Source of the DNA: Amoeboaphelidium protococcarum X5
Taxonomy: Eukaryota; Fungi; Aphelidiomycota
DNA length: 64,000 bases
Direction: 5' to 3'
Assembly: GCA_023515725.1 (NCBI GenBank)
Contig: JALDTO010000207.1
Location: 83,572-147,571 of the forward strand
Shown: positions 26,261 to 39,289 of the stretch, in pieces
Layout: the number at the start of each line of letters is the position of its first letter
How positions within the stretch are numbered: position 1 is the first letter of the stretch
The notes under the pieces: generated by a model
Told to the model about the DNA's origin: nothing
The model's database searches: none
The model's input: only the letters and a program-made list of their open reading frames with translations
Position numbers and translations under genes: made by a program

Positions 26261-26887
26261 TTTTATTATTTAGAGTGATATATGTTTTGTTGAAGATATT
26301 TATATAACAAAAGAAGAAAGGGATAGAGATGATGAACAGCTTAAGAGCATTAGAGCAGGTATTGTATTTTTAGTAACATCTCATTCTAAATGCGGAGCAA
26401 CTGATGCTAAAACGAGAGCATCTACTTACGTGTGATCTATTAATAGACAAGATATTGATCAATGTTGAGTATAGAGAAGTATAGAGAAATAAGATGGAAA
26501 GTCGTGATGGAATAATATAGTCTTGTCTTGCAAATATAGAGTCAAATGGCAAGAATACGCTGAATGTCTTGAAATAAAGAGTCACTAAGTCCAATATGCC
26601 TAAAAAGTCAAGAGTCCTCCTAAGACAAAAGCCGATATTTAATAATAGTGTTGATAAAAGCACGTAATGCTTGACCAAATTAAGTCACTTGGAGAGCTGA
26701 AACAAAGACCTTGGTAGAACATTATCGACATTGACGCGCATTTCAATTTATGGCTTGTCCGCAAAGGGGCGATCGCTGATCAGAAAGATCACCATGTAGA
26801 AACGGATAGAAACTTGGCGAAAGTGTTTATGAATAAAGTCCTTCCTCTTTGAAATAATCTCATTCACACCAAGAATAAACGTATGAA

Positions 26888-28498
26888 ATGGAAATAGTGG
26901 CAAATTAAGTTTACAAAAAGATAATCACATTGGCTAAATCTGATAAAGCGCCTCAGCCAGGTGATGAAGTACGCGTGCTGTACGTTGGTAAATTAGAGGG
27001 CAGTGAAGAGGTGTTTGATTCCAGCTAGAACCGTGATTCTCCATTCAAATTCACTCTGGGCACAAAGCAAGTCATTCAAGGATGGGAGGAGGCAGTGGCC
27101 ACAATGAAGGTGGGAGAGAAGAGCCAATTTACTATCAAGCCCGATTATGGATATGGCGCGAATGGTGCTCCGCCTACCATTCCGGGTAATGCGACTTTAG
27201 TGTTTGATATCGAGTTACTCGGCTTCAGAGGTGCTAATGATCTTACTGATGATGGGCAAGTAAAGCTAGTGATTACAGAAAAGTGTAACGATGAATGGCG
27301 ACATGCACGCGATGGGTGGGAGAGCAAATTATTGTTAGATGGAGGCGCGGAGAAGGTTGTCAAAGTCAATGATGAGTTGTAGCCTCTAGGTGAATAGAAA
27401 GAAGCTTACTTGTGGTCTCTGGTGGCGAAAAAGTTGAAACGCGGTGAGTAAGCACAGTTGATTATTGAGGCTGGATACATTAATGAGGGATAGGAAGCAC
27501 TTAACATATAGGTTGAATGCTTGCAGATTGTGGAAATTGATGATGTATTAGAGTCTGAGTTTGATGGTCAGTATAAAAATCTAGTTTATCGAAAGATTTT
27601 GCAGGAAGGTGACAAGTATGACCGTCCAAAGGAAGGGCACAGTGCTACTCTCTAATTGACTGCCTTTGCTGTTAAGTCTGATGGCGTTGAAGAGGTTGAG
27701 TTGTATCGCGATGATGCTCCTCGTTCAGTGCAATTGGGTAGTGGCCAGTTACCAGAAGCTGTAGAGTTTGCGTTGTTGAAGATGAAGCGTGGTGAATTGG
27801 CTGAAGTAACTTCTCCACTCTCTTTTGGGTGGGGCACATCGCAGTTGAAAGATTCCATTTAAATTCCAAGTGACGCGTTGACTTTAAAGTTTATGGTGTA
27901 ACTTGTTGATTTTGAAGAGGAGAAGAATCTGTGGAAGATGGAAGCTGCTGATAAAATTGAGCATGCTACTTTATTAAAGAATTATGGTAATCATCAGTTT
28001 AAAGATGGAAAGTTTCGACTTGCTGTGAAGTATTACTCCAAAGTGCTTGACGTGTTGAAGGCGGATAAGAAAAAGCTGGAGGAGGACTCTGCAGTGAAAG
28101 ATATAGTTGTGGCTCTGCAATAATCTGTCCATCTGAACCTGGCTGCTTGCTATCTGAAGTTTGAAGATTATTTGCAGGTGATTGAGAAATGTGAAAATGC
28201 TTTGAAGTTGAATTTAGATCCTGCACAGCGTTGTAAAGCTCTGTACAGACGCGCTCAGGCGTATTTTATGCGATAAGAGTATGATGAGGCTCGTCGTGAC
28301 TGTATGACGATCTTGAAAGTGGATGCAGAGAACATTGACGGCAAGCGCTTGCTAAGCAATGTGAACTTGAAGATGAAAGCCCTGATAAGTAAGCAGAGAG
28401 CCGTGTTTGGCAACTTATTTAAGAAGGTGAGTTTGACTGACGATACTGAAGTTGTTAAATCGGACAAGGAGAATTATTTCGGAGTTGTTGGATAATGA
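26888..28498 (+). CDS. Multi-domain FKBP peptidyl-prolyl isomerase with TPRs (FKBP4/ROF1-like, 536 aa)
   Basis: [40 protein letters not shown], further degenerate FKBP domains, and TPRs ([28 protein letters not shown]). Confidence 0.88.
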
Positions 28499-28616
28499 AT
28501 CAGTTTTGGATTTGTATCCTCTTTATTGTCTACACGTTTAAATCAAGTTTTAACTCTTAAACTGCTTTATTTTTGAGTATCTTTTTCACTTCTACGATCT
28601 CTCCTAGAGTCCCTAT

Positions 28617-29270
28617 ATGATGACTTTAACTGCTACAGCATTGAAAAACCTGACGGTTAAGCCCAGCGTGGCGCGTGCTGCTTTCGTTGCAAAATCAGCC
28701 AACATCATTGGCAATGTCAGTCTTGCTAAAGATTCAAGTGTCTACTACAATGCTGTAATTCGCGGTGACATTAATCATATTTCAATTGGTGAGCGATCTA
28801 ACGTTCAAGACAATGTTTGTATTCACGTAAATAGAATATCTGTGTTATACAACTTATCATATTCAATATAACCATAGTGTAGGTGACTAGAAAGTATCCA
28901 GCTGTCGTGGGTGAGGGGGTCTCAATTGGCCACTCAGCAGTGCTTCATGGATGCAGAATCGGAGATGACTGCCTTATTGGTATGGGCGCAGTGGTGTTGG
29001 ATGGCGTTTAAATAGGAAGTTAAAGGTAATAAATGTTTTACAGTAACAATCATGGCTTATCGGAGCATATATACTTGTAGTTTAGTAGCAGCAAATTCAA
29101 CGGTGGCTATGAACAAGACGTTCCCAGAGAGGTCTTTGATCATGGGAAGTCCTGCAAAATTGATTCGACAACTCAATGAGGAAGAGCTGGCTGAAATTAA
29201 AGACAATGCTGCCCGATACGTGGAGTACTCTGCACATCACGCTTTATTGTAGCAGAATGAACAGTCTTGA
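28617..29270 (+). CDS. Gamma-class carbonic anhydrase / YrdA-CaiE hexapeptide-repeat protein (introns ~28827-28882 and ~29026-29080)
   Basis: [54 protein letters not shown]. All three Zn-ligand His residues are present. Confidence 0.85.
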
Positions 29271-29416
29271 TTTAAATTTTGAAATCGGTTGGTGGAATCA
29301 TCATATTTGATGCAGTCTGATTCCCACCTTTTCCTTTTGTTTCAACTTTTGCTCATAAACAGAATACTAAAGGTAAAGTGCAGTAAAGTTCCAATACCCG
29401 TAAGCACCTGAATATT

Positions 29417-29813
29417 ATGCCAACGGTGAATAATTCTACATCTAAGTCTGGCGGTAGTAATACTGCATAAAATAAAGCAAAGCAAACTAAGGTTGATGAT
29501 GATTGGGGAGATGAAGGCGATGCAAGTTAGAGCCAAGGCAATCTGCCGAGTTACATAGGAGTGTTCATTGTGACGAGCGATTATATTCCAACATCAAACA
29601 AGCATCTAACATTATTCAGGGATGAGCTGGTATACGTTTATAAAAAGTCTTCCGACATTGAGCCTGGATTTTGGGAGGTAAGATCATATTTGATAGCTCT
29701 TTAGCAAGTATGTTGTATGCTCTTTCCTCTATTCTGGTCGTTTTTTGTAGGGAGAGTGCAATAATCAGTATGGTCCGTTCCCTCCTGATCATGTCACTGA
29801 GCATAAAATTTGA
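29417..29813 (+). CDS. Small SH3-domain protein (107 aa; intron 29678-29750)
   Basis: Spliced sequence VTSDYIPTSNKHLTLFRDELVYVYKK...GFWEGECNNQYGPFPPDHV matches the SH3 pattern. Start codon is uncertain. Confidence 0.65.
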
Positions 29814-30137
29814 TAGTGGTGGTGACTTAATTTTGAAAGAGACATGAATACTGAGAAATTACGCAGAGAAATTTAGATGATGATTATATTTTAGTGATTA
29901 CAGTAAAGAGCGACTTTCTGTTTCCATGTGTTGGCTTCCCTTTCCTTTGCGGGCACCAATCTCCTGGGTGAAACTGTTTCAGAATATAAAAGGCTGAAAC
30001 GATGACGCGTTCACAGTTCATCAAAACAAATTTCCATAACAAAAGGTGTAACGTCACCCGCTCTGTTTAGTTTAACTCTTTGTTCAAGTAAGTTGCAAGA
30101 ATTTATATATCCATTTAACTTTGTAATAATAATAGCC

Positions 30138-31061
30138 ATGCAAAAGTTACTGATTGCAAGTGCCATGGTATTTGGTCTGATATCCGCTCAGAATCCTGGG
30201 AACCAATCTGATGCTGAGCTGGTGGACAGATTCTGTGATGACAAGCCTGTTGGCCTCTACTGTTCCCCTGTGTCTATCTTCTAGAAGATTGAGTGTCCTA
30301 GAAAGACCATCTTCACTTGTCCTAAAGCTCCGTTTGAGTTCTGCCAAGAGCGTGGTATTAAGCGCACGTCCGGGTACCGTGCTGGTATTGCTCGCTGTGT
30401 TCCTAATGTTGGTAATGCCTCTATCGTTGCCTACTGTGCTAATAAGGCGCCTGGCTCGTACTGTTTCGGTGATAGATTGAACAATGTTCGTATCGAGTGT
30501 CCTCTGGGCCTGCTGTACAAGTGCGAGAATGATCCTGTACCGAACAGAGGTAAGAAGTGTGAACAATTGACGCCTACTGTCGCCGTTTGCTCATTCAACA
30601 ACAGTACTGGCGGTGGGTCTGGTAGCGGAACTACTCTATGTCCACCTGTCTATATCACTGTGATTCGCTCCTCCACAACCTTCTCGAGCGGTACTACTTC
30701 AATTAACACTGGAACGCTGTTCCCTATCACCTCACCTATTACATCACCAACAACAACTTCGTCTTTAGCTACTGAAACTAGTTCGTCAACCTCTACTGGC
30801 GACTATAGTCTATCTACTATTGTCAGAACGACAGTGGCTACTGAGACTTAGACTGGTGTAACGACTCTGTATCCAAGTGACTCCCTGTCCCTTATCACTT
30901 CAACTCTGGCCACTACTCTAACAGATACCACCGTGTTCTTCTCAACCATCACTACCGGAGTGGAAGAGACTGTCGTTGCAGGTGCAAATGATGATGGAGT
31001 GGTTTCCGTCACGTACGTTGTCCCGACTGATACTCCAAGCAGCAGCAGAGCCATAGTATGA
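30138..31061 (+). CDS. Secreted protein with two Cys-rich modules and a Ser/Thr-rich stalk (307 aa)
   Basis: Signal peptide MQKLLIASAMVFGLISA; modules FCDDKPVGLYC...IECP and YCANKAPGSYC...IECP; mucin-like T/S tail. Confidence 0.8.
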
Positions 31062-31297
31062 GGCCCTGAATACTGGTGAAGATGGTGCTGTTGTCACCAA
31101 TACTATTTGATTTTGCATTGTTATCATGTCTAGGTGCTGGTAGTAAAATTTTGTCTTCATATGTGATATGTTTTTAAATGAATGAAGTGGATGAAGAATT
31201 GATATTTATTTTTCAACTGCTACAATAATTTCGTATCTACCTTATTAAATCAAATGATAAAGATATAGATAATGAATCTTTAATATCAATAACTCAA

Positions 31298-32689
31298 TCA
31301 ATCAATGACTATCATTGAATCGCGTGAAGGACCTACGCCAATCCACTTTACAGGCACACCAAGAAGTGTCTCAATTCTGCGGACATAATCTTGAGCATTT
31401 TTTGGTAACTCTGAAAACTTGCGACACTTTGAAATATCCTACTTCCAGCCTGGTAAAGTCTCATACACCACTTCAATGTTATCGAGTACATGCAAATCGG
31501 ACGGAAAAGATTATAATAGTTGACCATTATGCTTATATGCAACGCCAATTTTCACCTCATTTAACTGATCTAGAACGTCCAGTTTAGTGAGATTAATACA
31601 AGTGTAATGATTAATCATGTGCGAATACTTGAGCACCACCATATCCAACCAACCGCATCTTCTCTTACGCCCGGTGGTCACACCATACTCGGCGCCAACA
31701 TTCTACAAGTGCTCACCCACGGCGTTCAACTGCTCTGTAGCAAATGGACCACCGCCAACACGCGTAGTGTATGCCTTTACTACACCAATGACATCGCCAA
31801 CCCAGTGTGGTGATATGCCTAGACCGGTGCAAACACCACCGACACAAGCATTAGAGGAAGTTACAAACGGATAAGTACCAAAGTCAAGATCTAACATCAG
31901 TGCGTTGGCTCCTTCTATCAATAAGGTCTTACCAGTCTGACTAATCTACTGATTCATAAAGTACACGGTATCACACACAAATGGAAGCATCCGCTCGGCA
32001 TAGTCTTTATATCTCTGCAATTCCTGATCAATATCATACTCAAAGTGACCATATCTTTTCCATCGATTCTTGACAATAGTGCTGAACTTGACACAGAATT
32101 CAGTCTATTTCCACGTTTCAATGCTTGTATCACCACCCATTCTCCACTATTCATACGAGCGTACTAGATGATGAAGCCTCAAGCCGCTTCTACTAGCCTT
32201 GGAACTATAAGCCGGACCAATCCCCTTCTTGGTAGTGCCAATATTCTTGCCACCCAACTCAACCTCCTTCAACCCATCCACAATCTGGTGAAAGTCAAAC
32301 ACCAGATGTGCACGCTCACTAACGTATAAACGACCCTGTACACTGATTCCACCATCGATGAGCTTCTACAATTCATCAAAGAAGGATGGAATATGAACGA
32401 CGACTCCATTTCCGATAACATTAATTGCACTCGGGGACACTAGACCGGAAGGTATTAAGTGAAAGTCGTACTTTTTCCCGCTCTCAGTAACAATAGTATG
32501 TCCGGCATTGTTACCACCTTATGCTCTAGCAACCACATCCGCCTTCTATGCCAAGATATCAACCAGCTTTCCCTACAATAAATAACAATCGCTTTAATTT
32601 AAAATTCAAATTTCATTTAAATACAACTCCGATATTACCTTTCCCTCATCGCCCCACTAGGAACCCAGAACTACAGTGACTTTAGACAT
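31298..32689 (-). CDS. ADE12: Adenylosuccinate synthetase (one intron ~32574-32639)
   Basis: GSQ(TAG)[61 protein letters not shown]. Confidence 0.95.
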
Positions 32690-32984
32690 CTCCGCTGATA
32701 TACAAAAACCTCTTTGCCTCTATCTGGTTGTATAAGCGATTGATATTGGTAAGAAAGTACCACAGAAGAACAGCGCGTGCGTCCCTATTAAAGTCTCAGC
32801 CAGCGGAATTCAAAGAGCGGACACTGAAGAGGACGCGTCTCCGAGAATGAATTTGGTAAAGTAGGAGCTCTCCAGCAAAACGGATCGCGCTCCACTGAAA
32901 ACGCGTCAAATCTAAGCAACTATTCTATCTGTTGACCAATTTCTAGTGCATCTGATAAAATAGGAATACTGATAAGATAACATA

Positions 32985-33434
32985 ATGGGAAAAGACGATA
33001 TTGAGGTGGAAATTAATATGGCCAATATGGTGCCAATTGCACATCCTTTCGCTGACTAAAAACTCACGAAAAAGCTTTTCAAAGTGGTAAAAAAGGCCAC
33101 AAAGGCTAAGCATGTCAAGAGAGGCGTGAAAGAAGTTGTCAAGGCAATCAGAAAGGGCGAGAAGGGTGTCGTCTGTATCGCTGGTGATGTCAGTCCTGTT
33201 GACGTGATCAGTCACTTGCCACTGCTCTGCGAAGATGCTGATATTCCATATTGCTATGTATACTCAAAATCCGCGCTCGGTGCAGCTGGACTGAGCAAGA
33301 AATCTACATCAGTCATTATGGTGGCGGAGAAGTCAAAAGCTGGCACTGATTACGAGGAGTATTATGATAGTTGCGTTAAAGCTATCAAAGCTATGCCTAT
33401 TTTGCCTTCTCACCTAGCTGCTGCATAGATTTGA
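32985..33434 (+). CDS. NHP2: H/ACA snoRNP protein Nhp2 (L7Ae family, 149 aa)
   Basis: PIAHPFA, KRGVKEVVKAIRKGEKG, AGDVSPVDVISHLPLLCED. Confidence 0.9.
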
Positions 33435-33723
33435 TTTCACAAGCGTATTTGTGATCATGGTATGATACGGTAGAAATTTGCTAATATATATTCTTTGATT
33501 ATTATCTAGAGTACTAAAGAGTGTATATTTACTCGCATATTTTTTCGGCCTTATTGGCAACTATTACTTACCATCTTACTCCTCCTTCGTTTAGAATCAG
33601 CATAGCAACGGAGTCGACTTGATCTACAATTAGCTTCACTGCCACAATCACACCCAACTTTTATTTCAACTCTATCACAAAGATAGACTAAACAGGTGAT
33701 CATAATAATCTTTTAGTTTCATA

Positions 33724-35109
33724 ATGTCATCTCTGAATAAGTCAATCAACAGAGGTATTAAACATGCCTTCAGTCTCACTGACATTATGAGCGAGTCTAT
33801 GCAGTCCATCATGATTCAGCAGCAGCAGCAGTAGTAGTAGTAGCAATAGTAAAACAACGGCACTCAGTCGGTAACAAAAGGGGGAGATGCAATGGACACT
33901 GCTGATGATGGGCTATAGGCGAATGGACACTTGGATGCTAGTTTGTCTCCAGGCAGAAGAGGAAGTACCACCTAAACATCTCCATAAAGTAGCAGTGGTA
34001 ATAATAATGGTTCAAAGGCTTCTAATAACCATCATTAGAGTTAAAAGTGTGCTGTGTTTTGGGACTATGAGAACTGTCCACCCCCTTAGGGAATGCCTGG
34101 GTACGTTGTTGTCGATAACTTGAGACAGGTTATCCATCACTTTGGACACATTGTTCAGTTCAAGGCTTACCTGGAGATTAATGACGTTAAATAATCCTCT
34201 GCTTAACAGTACTCTGATAATTACAAGCGATTGCTTAGATCTGAACTCTAGTCGTCCGGCGTTAGTCTGACTGATGTCCCTCACAATGGTCAGAAGGATG
34301 CCGTGGATAAAATGGTGATGATTGACATGATGGCCTTTGCTTTAGATCATCCACAGTCTACGATTGTGCTGATTTCAGGTGATAAAGACTTTGTGTATGC
34401 TCTATCAGTGCTAAGAAATAGGAAGTTCACTATTGTACTGATCGTTCCTAACCAAGGTGCGCACATCATCCTGAAGAGTCAGGCAAATGCAGTCCTAGAG
34501 TGGAAGTATGACGTGTTGAATATGGATGTGTGGAATATTTAGCAACAACAAATCATCAACGAGAGTAATACATCGTACTAGAAAGTAGCATCTTTGAATT
34601 CAGAGAGTTCAAACTATGCCTCCATGCCGGCAAGCAATGTTGTGTCTCCGTAGAATAAGCAGTAAGTGAACGCGATTAACAAGTAATCTGAGGCTGTTAA
34701 ACCAACCTTGGCTAAATAGCCTGCAAGTTCTCCATCTCTGAGAGTCCGTACAGAATCGTCTCCTGTTGCGCCGGATGTTAACACTAAGGCTAAATCTAAA
34801 GTGCAAGCCCAGATTGAACAAGAATACGCCGGACCAGTATTTTCACCAATGGCACCTGGTTTCTTTGACTTGCTGATTGAGATTCTAGAAAAGGCTAGAC
34901 TTGCGGGAGAGCCAAAGCCGCGTAGATCTCGTGTTGGCAGTGAGTTGACGCGTAGAAATCCTCTGTTGTATCACCGAGTTGGCTGTTCTAATTTCAAAGA
35001 GTATATTGAACTTGCTGTCACTGAAGGTATTGTGACTGTGGGTGGTGAAAAAGGTTTAGCTTGGATTTAGCTTAATGACGATCATAAAGACAAGCTTTAC
35101 GCGTAATGA
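33724..35109 (+). CDS. NYN (PIN-like) nuclease with C-terminal OST-HTH/LOTUS-like domain (limkain-b1/MARF1-like, 461 aa)
   Basis: VFWDYENCPPP, KDAVDKMVMIDM, VLISGDKDF; C-terminal VGSELTRRNPLLYHRVGCSNFKEYIELAVTEGIV. Confidence 0.85.
33817..33852 (+). repeat. Coding poly-Gln tract built from mixed CAG/TAG/CAA/TAA codons
   Basis: CAGx5 TAGx4 CAA TAG TAA in frame in the NYN gene. Confidence 0.9.
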
Positions 35110-35172
35110 TAATAATGATGAAGAATGTTAATCTATTTTGATTACAATATAAAACTGTTTAATGATACATGC

Positions 35173-35890
35173 TCAGGGGAATTTTACACCAGTTTCCGTG
35201 ACATCTCCATTACCAGATTTTAGAATTTGCACTTTACCTTTCCGATCTAATACTTATAGAACCATGATCATCAAATTGGGATCCATACCATAAAATTCTA
35301 CATGGTAATTGTTAAAGCAAAATTATTGATATTCAAAGTGTTTATTCAATATCTACCTTCCATGGTTGTCTCATCACCCTGCGTGAGCTCGTAAATAGTA
35401 AGAATTTATCCTTGCATGTGTCCATCAGACGCCTACAGACATTATGAAACTAGTTATACCATTTAACGTATTGTAATTGCGAATAGATAGTGACAAAATT
35501 TACCCATTTGAGTATATATTCTGCCCACTCATCGACAGACTTCCAGAGCACGAAGACAGAGCTAATCTTGTCGGAGCAATCAATCTGAAACTTGCCAGCG
35601 TCCATTAGATGTTTATACAGTGCATTGATCAGATCTGTAGATGCCTTTCGCTGTATATTGGGATTGGTAAATATTTCAAGTCCATTGTACTGATTAAGAG
35701 TCAACTTGAATCGCTTCTAATCTTTGAGATGGTTCATCAGCAGATTGGTCCATGCATCTCTCTACTTGATCCACGTCTATGGCGTAGGCTGTTTACTACA
35801 CAAATTAAATTTATCGATGTTATAACAGCTGAAATCCAAGAAGTATTACGTAAAGAATGGTGGGAAACTGTATATTGCAGGAAGTTCCAT
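35173..35890 (-). CDS. VPS25: ESCRT-II subunit Vps25 (about 3 short introns)
   Basis: IYSFPPFFT, IFTNPNIQRK, VLWKSVDEWAEYILKW, LTIYELTQG, GVKF at the C-terminus. Confidence 0.85.
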
Positions 35891-36627
35891 GTCGAGATGA
35901 TGCGTATATCGAAAAGTTAACAGAAATTCTATCAATACGAATTCAAAACTTCAGAACGCGTTAGTTTTGATCTGCCAGTTAGGCGTCTCTTCTGAAAACA
36001 GTAGACTTTGGAATGCTAACAATTTTCATTGTATAGATTCTATTGGACCTATGTACCAGACCCGTATACCACCCAAGTACACCCGTAAAAGTCGATAAAT
36101 ACTCTGGGACTGATAAAACAAGAGTTATACCTATGCAAAAAGAAATTAGAAAGACACGATAAAAAGTAATAAGTGAATATGTTTGATAATCACCAAAAAC
36201 GGAGATCCTGAATGCTAGCCATTGCCCATTAAGAGACAGAATTTGTTGAAACTGATTCAATCTCAATGGGAATCAACCGAGTTCAGGGTCATGGAAGAGG
36301 CGCGCGCGAGTCGTTCATTTGGCGATTCAAGTGACGAAACATCCAGTCCAGTAGCAGAACAGAACAGAAAGAGCTAACCGAAATCGCGTGAAAAATTTCA
36401 ATCGGCATCGGGAAACGGGAACGAGCGATGAACTGAACTGAACTGAAGAGAGCCGAAGAGGTACAACGACGTCGAGAGAGATATTTGCGCTGACGACGGC
36501 TGCCGTTGATTTTCTTCGTTTGTCTTTGTACTTGTTGGATCGATCGATAAACTTTACTCTTATTATCTTCTGTATTTGACGGACAGAGAGTCGACGTTAT
36601 ACTTTAACTAAATAAACTAAAAGCACT

Positions 36628-37655
36628 ATGGGTGAAGGAAAGAAAGTTGCTGATAAGTCCAAGAAGGGCGATGACAAGGGACCATACGGTTTCTTGGCTG
36701 ATTTTTTACTGGGTGGTGTGTCTGCTGGTATCTCAAAGACTGCCGCTAGTCCAATCGGTATGATTTACTTGATTATAGGTTGATCTAATGTCTATTATTC
36801 ATTCATTTTTGTTGTTGTGTAGAGCGTGTTAAGCTTCTGATCCAGAACTAGGATGAGATGATCAAGCAGGGTCGTCTTGCTGAGCCTTACAAGGGCATTG
36901 GTGACTGCTTCCGTCGTACCATCAAGGATGAAGGTTTTATCTCCATGTGGCGTGGTAACTCTGCCAATGTCATCCGTTACTTCCCTACCCAGGCTTTGAA
37001 CTTTGCATTCAAGGACTACTTCAAGAAGATGTTCAATGCTAAGAAGGAGAAGGGATACTGGACCTGGTTCGCTGCCAACTTGGCTAGTGGTGGTGCTGCT
37101 GGTGCAAGTTCCCTGGCTTTCGTCTACTCTCTGGATTATGCACGTACCCGTCTGGCTAATGATGCCAAGTCTGCAAAAAAGGGTGGTGAGCGTCAGTTTA
37201 ACGGTCTGATTGATGTCTACCGTAAGACTATGGCCTCTGATGGTATTGCCGGCCTGTACCGTGGTTTCGTCATCTCCAGTGTTGGTATTATTGTGTACCG
37301 TGGTCTGTACTTTGGTATGTACGACTCATTGAAGCCTGCTCTGCCTGCTCAGTACCGTGACAACTTCTTGGCCAACTTTGCTCTTGGTTGGGGTGTTACC
37401 ACTGGTGCCGGTCTGGCCAGTTACCCAATTGACACTGTCCGTCGTCGTATGATGATGACCAGTGGTGCTGCTGTCAAGTACAGAAACTCTATGCACGCTT
37501 TCAGTGAGATTGTCGCCAAAGAGGGTGTCAAGTCTCTCTTCAAGGGTGCAGGTGCTAACATCTTGCGTGCTATTGCCGGTGCTGGTGTCCTGTCTGGTTA
37601 TGACCAGTTGCAGCTCATCTTCTTCGGTAAGACTTACGGTGGTGGCAGTGCTTGA
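36628..37655 (+). CDS. AAC: Mitochondrial ADP/ATP carrier (intron 36758-36822)
   Basis: [29 protein letters not shown](TAG)[21 protein letters not shown] signature. Confidence 0.97.
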
Positions 37656-37819
37656 GCGTAGTATTCAATCACATGATATCTTAAGGGAAATAAAGTTGAA
37701 AATTATACTTTCGATTGGTTTTAAATCTTTTTTAACCTTCTGCAACTACTTTACTATTAGTCATCTTCTGACTTATAATCCTAGACACCAAAGCACTTAA
37801 CCAGGCATACTGAATATAC

Positions 37820-39070
37820 TCAGTCAGATTCGTCATCTTCATCTGCATTCTCCAGCCACTCGACAAATGGTTTGGCAATCTTGCGGAATTCCTTATTCAG
37901 GTCCTTGTCCACGTAACGCTTCGAAGACTTTTAGCTCCAACTGATGATAACTTCTTCGTCCAGAAGATCAGCTTCATACGCTTCTTTAAGCACTATAACA
38001 AACTTACTCTTCAATTGAGGATAGTTCACGCCCAACACACGTTCCACACCTCCGATGAAAGCTTTCTAACACTTTTCATTGTCAGCCAGTAATTTCAGGA
38101 AATACTAAGCCTTCTTTGGGACTTGCTGCACAATACCATCATCGAATAGAATTTGAACCATCACAGCGACTGCCTTGTCTGGGCGTATACCAAGAGAAGA
38201 TATCTTGCCATGTAATTCTGCAAGTGTAAAACTTTTAGTATTCTACATATAGTCAGCCAATTACTCGAGAGGATCATCTCCACCATCTTCACCGTCATCA
38301 TCTCCATCGTCATTCAAGTTCAACTTCTTACTCACAACCTCAGAGATTTACTCAAACTCAGCCTGGCGAGCAGCAACCGCCTCCTCACTCACATCTGCAC
38401 TCCAGTCATCCAATGAACTCTTGATCTGATCCACAGGCAGATCTGCAGTCTGTTGGTTGATTTGACGCGTAATTTCATCGTGATTCTCTTCATCATCGTC
38501 AAGATCATCGTCATCAAGCAGCTCGTCATCTTCGCCATTCTCTTGATCACCAGCTAGATCATCAGCGGAACCTTTACTCTTCTTGCCCTTCTTCTTGCTA
38601 TCACCATTGGCATCATAAATGCTAGAGCTGGTAGGCGGGTTCTTCTGGATATAAGTCACCAGCTTGTGTCTCATATCAACTCTAGTTCTCTTACCGCAAG
38701 CTTTACAATCGCGTAATATCTCGTCTTTTCCCACCAGTAACACAGTTTCTGGATTAAGACACTCACCACAGAGCACAAATCTCTGAATAAAGCCATCAAG
38801 AGCCACCTGTAGCTTTTCGGCGTCATGCGCACCATTGACAATGTATCTATCAGCAGCCTCGTTGCATTTTACTTGTGCTCCCAGCTCGCAGCCGAAATAC
38901 TTTGTGGTGTAAGTAGGTGGGCGCGCTAAAGCCTTGGCCACTTCACTCATATTGGGAATAGCAGTCTTGATTCCATTTCCTTTGCCTTCAATCTTGCTCT
39001 AAATACGCGGCATTTTATAACGGTAAAAGGAGTCCTTAACATCTCTACGAATATTAACTAAGCCGGACAT
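37820..39070 (-). CDS. TIF5: Translation initiation factor eIF5 (416 aa)
   Basis: [41 protein letters not shown]2 domain ending [14 protein letters not shown]. Confidence 0.95.
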
Positions 39071-39289
39071 GATCTTGATTGCGTTAAGTGGCGATTTACA
39101 TAAACTATCTTTGAATTTTATCTAAATTGGAGCTCGCAAGATTCAGTATTGGAAAAGAGAGAGAAGAGAAAAAGTCACACGAGATGACAGAACAATTAAG
39201 AGAAAGCTCAGAATTTGGTGCCCCTAGTCTTTAATTTGACACTTAGAATTACACTAGTTTATATAACAATAAAGTATTTGTAGCATATA

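Noticed and set aside
26329-26700. 123-aa plus-strand ORF under table 6
   Set aside because: With one stop codon, ORFs of this length arise by chance, and it has no motif support.
35979-36266. 95-aa minus-strand ORF between VPS25 and ANT
   Set aside because: Non-ATG start, no motif, and it lies in a divergent promoter region.
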